From contig JADJVA010000020.1 in the NCBI GenBank assembly GCA_016716765.1, positions 926,459 to 990,458 of the forward strand: a DNA stretch of 64,000 nt, written 5' to 3'. A program made the translations under genes and the position numbers. The notes under the pieces are model-generated. The model saw nothing but the letters and a program-made list of their open reading frames with translations. It ran no database searches and was not told where the DNA came from. Of this stretch, positions 19,950 to 28,208 are shown piece after piece. Every line of letters begins with the position of its first letter. The stretch's first letter is position 1. The DNA is from Bdellovibrionales bacterium. Its GTDB lineage: Bacteria > Bdellovibrionota > Bdellovibrionia > Bdellovibrionales > UBA1609.

Positions 19950-20216
19950 TTAGTCTTCAGCGACTTGAACTGACATCAAAACAGCGTCCTGAGCTCTCGG
20001 ATCATGAATATCAGAGGAGATTTCAAAGTTAACCTGGGCCTTCTCAGCAAGACTTCCCCTTGCATCCTCCGCAAAATGCTCAAGAAAATGCTCTGGAGTC
20101 AAATGCGAGAGCGCGCCAATCCACACAGAAATACTGACAACAGCCTTCGCTTTTTCGCTTTTTGCTATTCTATTCACTTCGCGAACAAGATCCTTCATCA
20201 TTGCAACTTCATGCAT
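19950..20216 (-). CDS. HypA-like nickel metallochaperone lacking the zinc-finger domain
   Basis: MHE N-terminus and the first ~60 aa are colinear with HypA. The protein is only 88 aa and contains no cysteine at all, so there is no CxxC...CxxC. It stops 13 nt before the hypF start. Confidence 0.6.
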   Translation of the reverse strand: MHEVAMMKDLVREVNRIAKSEKAKAVVSISVWIGALSHLTPEHFLEHFAEDARGSLAEKAQVNFEISSDIHDPRAQDAVLMSVQVAED

Positions 20217-20275
20217 TTTCCGCTCTCCTTACTCGCTATTCTCAATTGCCCTAAAAAAGACCTATTTTTGCTCTC

Positions 20276-20743
20276 TCAACTTGTGGCAAACTCCTGGCGA
20301 ACGTAAGCGATAACTTCTGGAATCATTGATCGCATTCCAGAGCTCAGCTCTTCGCCCATTTGAAAATTTACCCCTTTTACTCCGATAACAATCAATTCAT
20401 CTGGTATTTTATCCAAAGCTCGAGAGAGTTCAATGGCCTGACCTACTCCGAGCACATGAGAAGAAGTACCTGACAGACTGGCTGGGAGCGAGTCTTCCTT
20501 TGCATCCCACTTTTTTATCGGAACTAAATCGTCGGTTTCCATTGCATCAAGTACAATAACCTTTCTATGAGAGCTGAAGATATCTAGCAAATCTGTAATA
20601 TCGCCACTGCTCTTAATGACAGAAAAAAGGGTTTCCCCTCCGCTGATCAACTGATCAGCTACGATCCAAGAAAAAGCATCGTCTCCGCGATTCGGATTAG
20701 CCAAACAGACTAGAGCCTTATGGGTTAGCATCTTCACGCTCAA
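20276..20743 (-). CDS. Hydrogenase maturation endopeptidase (HyaD/HoxW family)
   Basis: LANPNRGDDAFSW (GNxxxxDD-type) and a conserved His region SSHVLGVGQ. It overlaps the large-subunit 3' end. Confidence 0.8.
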   Translation of the reverse strand: MSVKMLTHKALVCLANPNRGDDAFSWIVADQLISGGETLFSVIKSSGDITDLLDIFSSHRKVIVLDAMETDDLVPIKKWDAKEDSLPASLSGTSSHVLGVGQAIELSRALDKIPDELIVIGVKGVNFQMGEELSSGMRSMIPEVIAYVRQEFATS

Positions 20744-22076
20744 TTTTCAAAAAATGAGTGGCACAGGAAATACAGGGGTCATAATTCCGAACCGTCTGCT
20801 CACAACGATGTCGAAGTTCGTTTTCTGATGACGAAAAATAATGCCGAACGACCTCAAAAAGATCAGATTCGATTGTCTTTTGATTCTGCGAAGTCGGCGG
20901 TATAATTTTAGCCTCTTTGATTTTTCCATCGGAGCCAATTTCGTAACGATGATAAAGAAGACCCCGAGGAGCCTCAGTACACCCATGGCCAATCCCCGCT
21001 TTTACCTCATAGTTGACAAAGGCCGGCCCCCTGGCCGAATAAGCTTCAATAATCCTAAGACTTTCCTCGCAAGCGAACAAAATCTCCAACGAGCGAACAA
21101 TAATACTCTTGAAAGGATTTCGACAATCTTTGACTTCAAAATTAATGTCCCTTGCACACTCTCGTACATTCTCTGGCAGCCTGGCTTCATTGTGAAAATA
21201 TCTCGCAAGTGGACCAACCAGGTATTCGCCCCTCTCCTTTAGAACCGAATGTAGGGCGTTAGATCGAGCGACATGGAGTTCCTGAAAATGGTCTAAATAC
21301 GATGGCACTTCAATGTCCAATCCTCTATTGGAAATGATTCGACCACTGTTAATGGGGTATTCCTTTGGATGAAAGAATGAGACAAATTCGTAGTCCCTCT
21401 CAAAATCAGGGAACTCCAAGTTCGCCACAAAGCGAACTGTTTCCGCAGCGATGTCTCTTGCTTGCTTCAAAGGCTCCAGCATTTTTCGCAGTTGGGAAGG
21501 GTCCGGTAGCTTATAAAACCCACCTACCTTCACATTGATGGGGTGAATCTCGCGGCCTCCGACCAATTTCATGAGATCATTCCCAATTTTCTTAAGTTGC
21601 AATCCCTGAGAAACCACCTTTGGATATTTCTTTGCCATTGTTATGGCATCTTCAAAACCGAGAAAATCAGGAGCATGGAGCATATAGACATGCAAGGTAT
21701 GACTCTCAATCCACTCCCCACAAAAAATCAAACGACGTAACTCACAAATTTCATTCGTCAGTTCAATGCCCAATGCGGATTCCATCGCCTGAACAGCGCT
21801 CATTTGATAGGCAATCGGACAAATTCCACAAATGCGGGAAGTGATGTCACAAGCTTCCGTCAAATCACGGCCACGTAACAAAGCCTCAAAATACCTCGGG
21901 GGTTCAAATATTTTAAATTGTACCTCCTCGATCTCCTGCCCTTTTGTACGAATATAAAGAGATCCCTCTCCTTCTACTCGTGCCAAGTAGTCAACTTTAA
22001 TTGTTCTTGTTTTAAGACCGGACTGGGCACCTGGTCTAATTCCCGCCTTAATTTTAATTTCAGAATCAGAACTCAT
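20718..22076 (-). CDS. [NiFe]-hydrogenase large (alpha) subunit, group 3b-like
   Basis: N-terminal [10 protein letters not shown] and C-terminal DPCISCATH Ni-Fe ligand motifs, 452 aa. The four-subunit B-G-D-A operon order matches archaeal sulfhydrogenase. Confidence 0.9.
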   Translation of the reverse strand: MSSDSEIKIKAGIRPGAQSGLKTRTIKVDYLARVEGEGSLYIRTKGQEIEEVQFKIFEPPRYFEALLRGRDLTEACDITSRICGICPIAYQMSAVQAMESALGIELTNEICELRRLIFCGEWIESHTLHVYMLHAPDFLGFEDAITMAKKYPKVVSQGLQLKKIGNDLMKLVGGREIHPINVKVGGFYKLPDPSQLRKMLEPLKQARDIAAETVRFVANLEFPDFERDYEFVSFFHPKEYPINSGRIISNRGLDIEVPSYLDHFQELHVARSNALHSVLKERGEYLVGPLARYFHNEARLPENVRECARDINFEVKDCRNPFKSIIVRSLEILFACEESLRIIEAYSARGPAFVNYEVKAGIGHGCTEAPRGLLYHRYEIGSDGKIKEAKIIPPTSQNQKTIESDLFEVVRHYFSSSENELRHRCEQTVRNYDPCISCATHFLKIEREDANP

Positions 22077-22972
22077 GTGTCTTTCCTATTTGTGTCTTCC
22101 CTATCTGTGTCTCGGCCAACCAATGACTCAGTCTCTCCCAATGCCTCGGCCTTCTCCCTGTTTTTTTGAAAATCTTCCGAAGCCTCGTGAAAAGTTTTGT
22201 TGCCAGTATAATAGGTTTGCAGGGATCTGCTCACGAAGTCCGGAGACGCCCTTTTCATGGAGACCATCCAATCTCCCAGAGCACGAGGATTGGAACTATC
22301 TTGAGGCCCATAGCAGCCATAACAACCTCGGTTAAATCGGGGACATATTGATCCGCAGCCTGCATGGGTGATAGGCCCCAGGCAAGGCGTCCCATGAGCC
22401 ACCATAACACAGACGTTGCCATCTAATTTACAATCGACACACTCACTGTAAGAGTTAATATTTGGTTTGCGTCCGTGTAAAAATGCCGAAATAACCTCTA
22501 AAAGTTGAGTCTTATTGATTGGACAACCCTGGAGTTCAAAATCAACCTTGACGTGGTTTGAAATCGGAGTCGAAGTCGCCAGAGCGCTGATATAATCCGG
22601 CTGGGCATAGACGTATTTTCTATATTCCTCTTCACGAGCATAATTGCGCAAGGCCTGCACCCCACCCGAAGTCGCACAGGCTCCGATTGTCACCAAATGC
22701 CGCGATTGATTCCGAACATCCTTGATTCGGTCGGCGTCGTGAGAGGTCGTGATTGAGCCCTCAACCAATGAAAGATCATAAGGACCAGGGAGAACGTGAC
22801 GACTCGCTTCTGCAAAGTTAGCGATCTCAATGATTTCAGCAATACCAAGCAGCTCATCCTCACAATCAAGCAAACTCAATTGACAGCCATCGCAGGACGC
22901 AAATTTCCAAACGGCCAACTTAGGCTTGATTTTAGCTCTATTATTCCTCGCCTGACTCGACTTCTTTCTCAT
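22073..22972 (-). CDS. [NiFe]-hydrogenase small (delta) subunit, group 3b-like
   Basis: [24 protein letters not shown] and ELQGCPI Fe-S motifs of the NuoB-like small subunit. It has a charged C-terminal tail. Confidence 0.85.
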   Translation of the reverse strand: MRKKSSQARNNRAKIKPKLAVWKFASCDGCQLSLLDCEDELLGIAEIIEIANFAEASRHVLPGPYDLSLVEGSITTSHDADRIKDVRNQSRHLVTIGACATSGGVQALRNYAREEEYRKYVYAQPDYISALATSTPISNHVKVDFELQGCPINKTQLLEVISAFLHGRKPNINSYSECVDCKLDGNVCVMVAHGTPCLGPITHAGCGSICPRFNRGCYGCYGPQDSSNPRALGDWMVSMKRASPDFVSRSLQTYYTGNKTFHEASEDFQKNREKAEALGETESLVGRDTDREDTNRKDT

Positions 22973-22975
22973 GAA

Positions 22976-23806
22976 TCAAAATTCTCTTCTCAGAAAAGTG
23001 GAACTCAATCTATCAAATGAAAAAACAGGACCGTCTTTGCAGATAAACTCTCCACCGTATTGACAATGACCGCAAAAACCCACCGCGCATTGCATGTTGC
23101 GCTCCATGGAAACGTAAATGTCTCTCTCTGCTATCCCGCGTCCTAAAAGGGGGTCCGCAATAAAGCGCATCATGATCTCAGGTCCGCAAACCATCACAAG
23201 GCTTTTCTTAGGGTCCAAATCTAAGTTCGGAATCAATTTTGTTACGGCCCCGACGTGACCCTTCCAACTCGGTCCGGCCGCGTCGACAGCCACGCTCAGT
23301 TCAACCCCGAGCTTTCGCCATTGACTGAACTCCTTTTTAAAAACCAAATCTTTAGGGGACCTCGCTCCATAGAGAACACTCAAACGACCATATCTGCTCT
23401 TGTTAGCCAGGTAAGCGTAAATAACAGGACGCAAAGGAGCCAGGCCGATTCCGCCTGCGATTAAAAATATATCCTTCTCTAGTGCCTTGTCCAGAGGCCA
23501 TGGCACTCCAAAGGGTCCTCTGAGTCCAAGTTGGCTTTTCTCTGTCAATATTTTCATTCTTCTTGTCACGGTTCCTACTGCCCGAATGGTGTGAATATAG
23601 CGATCAGCCTTGGCGGAGTCTCCGCTGATAGAAATGGGAACCTCTCCCACTCCAAACTGGTAAAGCATATTGAACTGGCCTGGCGAAAACTCCATGCTTT
23701 GCTGAGAATCTTCGGGAACCAACTCGATCGTGAACACATCACTCGTCTCCTGAGTGCACTTAACAATGCGATAGGGAACTGGAAGGAGGGAATTTTTTGA
23801 TTTCAA
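22976..23806 (-). CDS. Hydrogenase gamma subunit (FAD/NAD(P)-binding with C-terminal 2Fe-2S)
   Basis: Ferredoxin-reductase-like fold (RAVGTVTR, IAGGIGLAP) and the C-terminal cluster CAVGFCGHCQ. Confidence 0.85.
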   Translation of the reverse strand: MKSKNSLLPVPYRIVKCTQETSDVFTIELVPEDSQQSMEFSPGQFNMLYQFGVGEVPISISGDSAKADRYIHTIRAVGTVTRRMKILTEKSQLGLRGPFGVPWPLDKALEKDIFLIAGGIGLAPLRPVIYAYLANKSRYGRLSVLYGARSPKDLVFKKEFSQWRKLGVELSVAVDAAGPSWKGHVGAVTKLIPNLDLDPKKSLVMVCGPEIMMRFIADPLLGRGIAERDIYVSMERNMQCAVGFCGHCQYGGEFICKDGPVFSFDRLSSTFLRREF

Positions 23807-24273
23807 TGGCCACCCTTTCCATAAATGTCAATGAGTTGCAAACGAGTTGCACTCAACCGACCCGCAATAACCAAAGCAATTTTCTTCATCAAAAGGTATC
23901 CAAGTTCGGGATTATTTTCTGCCTTTTTCCGCAAGCACCCGCCGTCAAATTCAATCAAATGGGCTTGCTCCAAAACTCTCACGTCAAATTTCCACTTAAA
24001 AGGCTCCACCAGCCACGACCACCCAATAATCTCACCTGCTCCAAGTGTTTCAACCAAGAGAGCTCCATGCCCCTGCATGTGTGTCTCTATAGCCACTCTC
24101 CCCTTTTTAAGAACATAAAAAGCCTGAGCCGCATCGCCCTCGTGAGCAAGATACTGATCGGCCTTAACGACTCGATTTTTTCCGCATCCACCAATGAGGT
24201 TTAGATATTCCTGAGGAAAATGACTGAAGAACACACAGTCATTCAATAGGTCCGAAATTTTTTTCATCATCAA
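23803..24273 (-). CDS. Stand-alone cyclic-nucleotide-binding-domain protein (no HTH) embedded in the hydrogenase operon
   Basis: cNMP-binding-like beta-roll sequence (YLAHEGDAAQAFYVLKKGRVAIE...LGAGEIIGWSWL). It is 156 aa, so there is no room for a DNA-binding domain. It overlaps both neighbours (35 nt and 4 nt). Confidence 0.7.
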   Translation of the reverse strand: MMMKKISDLLNDCVFFSHFPQEYLNLIGGCGKNRVVKADQYLAHEGDAAQAFYVLKKGRVAIETHMQGHGALLVETLGAGEIIGWSWLVEPFKWKFDVRVLEQAHLIEFDGGCLRKKAENNPELGYLLMKKIALVIAGRLSATRLQLIDIYGKGGH

Positions 24274-25402
24274 ACGCCCTTATCTCTTCTGTTAAATCTA
24301 TACCCACCGGGCACCAACTAATGCAGCGGCCACATCCGACACATCCAGATTTTCCGTATTGATCAAACCAACTTGAGACTTTGTGAGTCAACCACTGACG
24401 ATATCGAGATTTGCCGCTCTGCCTAACACTGCCGCCATGAATATAGCTATGATCAAGGCTAAAGCAAGAATCCCATTTTCTCCATCTCTCCGCGTGATCA
24501 CCTTTTAAATCAGTCGTATCTTCAACTCTTGAACAAAAACAAGTGGGACAAACCAAAGTGCAGTTCGCACAGTTGAGGCATTTCTTAGAAATCTCATCCC
24601 AGCGAACACTATGAAAGGATCTGTCTAATAACTTTTTATCCTCGACTGGCTTCATCGATCGCACCTGCGCGTCCGCCACCATGGCGACCTGCTGACTTGA
24701 AATGAGTGACTCCTCGATAGAAGTCGGATACAAACATTTCATTCGACGCAGTTCTTCCATCAACTTCTCCCCTTCGGGAGAACCGGACTTCAGCAAAAAT
24801 CGATGATTGTCGACTTCAGGAACCTCAACCAACAAGAGATCAAAACCCTCCGATATGCCTGGTCCGGTCTTCATCGATGCACAAAAACATGTTGGTGCGA
24901 CAGACATACACTGAACTGCTATCAAAATCGTCGTCGCTCGTCTTTCTTGATATGGCCTATCAACGGCTGGTCCCTCCAAAAAAATCTGATCTTGGATTCG
25001 AATAGCGGCAAGCTCACAAGCCCTCACTCCCAAAAATGCACGACGTGAGCAAGTTATCTTCTCGGGAGTAAATAAGAGCTTCCCATCTTTGTTTTTATGA
25101 GATTTCCAAAGACGCTCTTTCGGAACAAACAAAAATTTCTTCCAACTGTCTGGACCAACAGTGAACCCAAAGTAAGCCCGGTCGTCCCGCTGAGCAAGGC
25201 GGTAAAAACCCCTTTCTTGTTTCTCCGTATAGCCTCGAGGTAAGTCTTCCACCTTTTTTAGAACATCGTAGACAATCGCTTGATCCCTCACTTGGGGGCC
25301 TACGACCTCAATCCCAGAATCTTGAAGCAACTGAATCAGCGTCGCTAATCCACCCTCACCCATCTGTTCCTCGAATTGAGGCAAGTTCAATTGAGTTTTC
25401 AT
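24239..25402 (-). CDS. Hydrogenase beta subunit (4Fe-4S dicluster protein)
   Basis: CLNCANCTLVCPTCFC and GCVGCGRCISWCPVGI ferredoxin motifs, 387 aa. Confidence 0.85.
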   Translation of the reverse strand: MKTQLNLPQFEEQMGEGGLATLIQLLQDSGIEVVGPQVRDQAIVYDVLKKVEDLPRGYTEKQERGFYRLAQRDDRAYFGFTVGPDSWKKFLFVPKERLWKSHKNKDGKLLFTPEKITCSRRAFLGVRACELAAIRIQDQIFLEGPAVDRPYQERRATTILIAVQCMSVAPTCFCASMKTGPGISEGFDLLLVEVPEVDNHRFLLKSGSPEGEKLMEELRRMKCLYPTSIEESLISSQQVAMVADAQVRSMKPVEDKKLLDRSFHSVRWDEISKKCLNCANCTLVCPTCFCSRVEDTTDLKGDHAERWRKWDSCFSLDHSYIHGGSVRQSGKSRYRQWLTHKVSSWFDQYGKSGCVGCGRCISWCPVGIDLTEEIRAFDDEKNFGPIE

Positions 25403-26712
25403 GTTTTTTTCTTAAGACCCTCGCAGAAATTCCACCAATTTTTATGCAGAGTCTCTCTGTCATCGGGATGAGAGATTTCAATCAAGGCATTGGCTCGTTC
25501 TGAAAGCGTCTTTCCGTAGAGATCCACCATGCCATATTCTGTAACAATGAAATGAACCAAGGCCCTAGGAGTCACAACACCTGCCCCGACATTGAGATTC
25601 GCCACGATCCGAGGCGCCCCATTCTTCGCGCGACTGGTTAGAGCGATGATCGGCTTCCCCCCTTCAGAGAGAGACGCTCCCAAAATAAAATCCAACTGGC
25701 CTCCCGATCCAGATATCATCCGACCTCCAATTGAATCGGCGCAGACCTGTCCAGTCAAATCGACTTCCACGGCCGAGTTAATTGCAACGACTTTTGGATT
25801 GCGAGCAATATTGATTGGATTATTGATATAACCGACATCCAACTGAACCGTCGCCTGATTGTCGTGAACAAAGCGATAGAGCTCTCGCGATCCCATCAAA
25901 AAAGAGGAGACGGTCTTTCCCTTGTGCAGCTTCTTCCTACTGTTATCTACCACTCCAGCTTGGATCAGTTTCAAAGCCCCGTCTGACCACATTTCGGTAT
26001 GAATCCCAAGATATTTTCGATTGGAAAGCTGACCCAATACGGCGTCGGGTATTGCCCCGATACCCATTTGCAGAGTTGAGCCGTCCTCCACTAAATCTGC
26101 CACATAATTTCCAATTTGTTGCTCTATAGGCGTTGGCAAGGTCGGCATTTCTTCAGGCAATTCGTCATCAACCTGAACCGCATAATTGATTTTGCTCACA
26201 TGAAGAAATCCATCCCCATGTGTTCGAGGCATGTGAGGATTAATCTGAGCGATCACAATTTTGGCTTGTTCCAGAGCGGCTGGAATAATATCGACACTCG
26301 TGCCCAAGGAACAATCGCCGTGTTGGTCCGGCGGAGAAACGTGAATAAAAACCACATCAATCTTCACTCTTTTTGAACGTATTAACTGTGGGATTTCTGA
26401 TAGCGAGCAGGGCAGATAATCAACCTGAGGAGGGCAGAATCGGCTGCGGAGGTTAGCTCCCATAAAAAAGGATGAAACTTTAAAACTATCCCTATAATTT
26501 CTATCTGCATAAGGAGCTGACCCGCTTGTATGGAGATGAAAAATCTCGACATTTTTCAGACGGTCAGATTGCTGCACCATAGCTTCTATCAGACGATGAG
26601 GAGTTGCCGCAGCTCCTTGAATCAGAACTCGATCTCCAGATCGAACTGCTTGCACTGCCTCGTGGGCGCTCACCCAGTTTACTTTCGAGGTCTGAAGCTT
26701 CATGCCGCTCAC
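25399..26712 (-). CDS. Acetyl-CoA hydrolase/transferase family protein (4-hydroxybutyrate/succinyl-CoA:acetate CoA-transferase type)
   Basis: Family-typical GSGGQLDF motif, 437 aa. The stop overlaps the hydrogenase beta start by 4 nt. Confidence 0.8.
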   Translation of the reverse strand: MSGMKLQTSKVNWVSAHEAVQAVRSGDRVLIQGAAATPHRLIEAMVQQSDRLKNVEIFHLHTSGSAPYADRNYRDSFKVSSFFMGANLRSRFCPPQVDYLPCSLSEIPQLIRSKRVKIDVVFIHVSPPDQHGDCSLGTSVDIIPAALEQAKIVIAQINPHMPRTHGDGFLHVSKINYAVQVDDELPEEMPTLPTPIEQQIGNYVADLVEDGSTLQMGIGAIPDAVLGQLSNRKYLGIHTEMWSDGALKLIQAGVVDNSRKKLHKGKTVSSFLMGSRELYRFVHDNQATVQLDVGYINNPINIARNPKVVAINSAVEVDLTGQVCADSIGGRMISGSGGQLDFILGASLSEGGKPIIALTSRAKNGAPRIVANLNVGAGVVTPRALVHFIVTEYGMVDLYGKTLSERANALIEISHPDDRETLHKNWWNFCEGLKKKT

Positions 26713-26791
26713 TCCTTCTTGTATTAACTCATGATGACCGGAATTTATACCGCATAATCGGCCGCGACTCCAGATCAGCCTGACACTTCCG

Positions 26792-27244
26792 TCATGAATT
26801 TTTGTGAATCAGCCTATTTAGTGCTTCAGCATTATTTTTACCCAACACCTTGCAATATTGTTGGTAAAGATTTTTCCAACATTGATTGATTTTTGGTAAG
26901 AATTCCACTCCCTTCACCTGCAGGCAGACAACAACCTGACGTCCAGACTTCTTGCGCCTGAGGTATTTCTTTTCCTCCAACTGCCCCAGGAGACGAGTGA
27001 GAGTTGAACGATCTAAATCCATCAATTTCGCCAATACAGACGATGAAGCCGAATAAGCCTCGGATTTTCCCAAAGCCATTAGGAGAAAAGCCTGACTGGG
27101 CGACATTTCCAAATTTTTAAAGGCCTCAAAAGCCAAACGATCGATCCTACGATAAAATCGACTCATCGTAAAATAAAGACAAGCCCGAAAGCAATTGTCC
27201 AATTCTGATTCATTTGAAAAAGGCCCTTGCGTCTTCTTAATCAT
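26792..27244 (-). CDS. MarR-family transcriptional regulator
   Basis: Winged-helix region SPSQAFLLMALGK...LDRSTLTRLLGQLEEKKYLRRKK, 150 aa. Confidence 0.85.
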   Translation of the reverse strand: MIKKTQGPFSNESELDNCFRACLYFTMSRFYRRIDRLAFEAFKNLEMSPSQAFLLMALGKSEAYSASSSVLAKLMDLDRSTLTRLLGQLEEKKYLRRKKSGRQVVVCLQVKGVEFLPKINQCWKNLYQQYCKVLGKNNAEALNRLIHKNS

Positions 27245-27278
27245 TGTATATACAATTGTATATACAATGATTAAGAAG
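27233..27278. promoter_or_regulatory. 46-bp perfect palindrome whose core is two tandem copies of the self-complementary 12-mer TTGTATATACAA. Probable MarR operator in the divergent promoter region.
   Basis: 27233-27255 is the exact reverse complement of 27256-27278. The marR ATG (27244-27242) lies inside the left arm. Confidence 0.8.
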
Positions 27279-27317
27279 TCAATAGGACATTTACAACACT
27301 TTTCAAGGAGTTTTTAA

Positions 27318-27971
27318 ATGGGAAATTTAAAGGTAGCTGTTCTCGGATCTGGAACGGTAGGGGAAGTCCTCGCCAACGGCTTCCTAAAATATGGATACGA
27401 AGTGATGCGTGGCAGTCGAAACCCCTCAAAATTGAGCGATTGGAAATCAAAGAATTCAAAAAACGCAAGGATTGGCACATTTGAGGAGTCTGCCTTATTT
27501 GGAGACATTGTTGTTTTAGCAGTAAAAGGTACCGTTGCTGAGCAAGTGATAAAAAGCCTTTCTCCTTCCTCAATCAAAGGCAAGACAATCATTGACGTTA
27601 CAAATCCAATTGCAGACGTTCCACCAACCAACGGTGTGCTCAACTTCTTTACCGCAGCTAATAGCTCTCTCATGGAAGTCCTTCAAAAGGTAGCGCCCCA
27701 GGCCAATTTCGTAAAGGCCTTTTCCTGTGTCGGGGGACCTTTCATGGTGGACCCTTCTTTTCCCGGTGGAAAGCCCACCATGTTTATCTGCGGAACCAGC
27801 AGTCAGGCCAAAGGCAAAGTTCGAGAAATTCTCACTCAGTTTGGCTGGGACACCGAAGACATGGGGGGCGTTGAGGCCGCACGCGCTATTGAACCTCTTT
27901 GTATTCTTTGGTGTATTCCTGGCCTGTTGAACAACAAGTGGGGACATGCCTTTAAACTTCTGAAAATATAA
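27318..27971 (+). CDS. NAD(P)-binding oxidoreductase, NADPH-dependent F420 reductase (NpdG)-like
   Basis: N-terminal Rossmann KVAVLGSGTVG, 217 aa, and AAGGAG 8 nt upstream. Divergent from marR. Confidence 0.65.
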   Translation: MGNLKVAVLGSGTVGEVLANGFLKYGYEVMRGSRNPSKLSDWKSKNSKNARIGTFEESALFGDIVVLAVKGTVAEQVIKSLSPSSIKGKTIIDVTNPIADVPPTNGVLNFFTAANSSLMEVLQKVAPQANFVKAFSCVGGPFMVDPSFPGGKPTMFICGTSSQAKGKVREILTQFGWDTEDMGGVEAARAIEPLCILWCIPGLLNNKWGHAFKLLKI

Positions 27972-27994
27972 CTTTTGGTGAGGTTCCAATATTA

Positions 27995-28025
27995 TCAGCA
28001 GAGGGAGATCCCCTCCTTCTGCTGA
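27995..28025 (+). terminator. Stem-loop after the reductase gene (13-bp stem with one mismatch, 5-nt loop)
   Basis: TCAGCAGAGGGAG-atccc-CTCCTTCTGCTGA lies 24 nt after the stop. The following T-tract is weak. Confidence 0.4.
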
Positions 28026-28208
28026 GAATCTTCTTACATTACTCGATTCGCCAGCGCAAATAAACCTGGCATCCCATCGCAGCTTTCAATAAATATTCGG
28101 GGCGACCCACAAAGTCGGATGACTCCTTCTTTGTTTTCGGGCATTGTACCCACCATCTTCTGGAATTTTTAAAATGGGTTGGGTTCTCATAGAGATGGGA
28201 TTTATCTT

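Noticed and set aside
27267-27317. 16-codon plus-strand mini-ORF (MIKKSIGHLQHFSRSF) considered as a genuine leader peptide
   Set aside because: It has no SD, and its start codon exists simply because the palindrome mirrors the marR start. It is kept only as a note within the palindrome finding.
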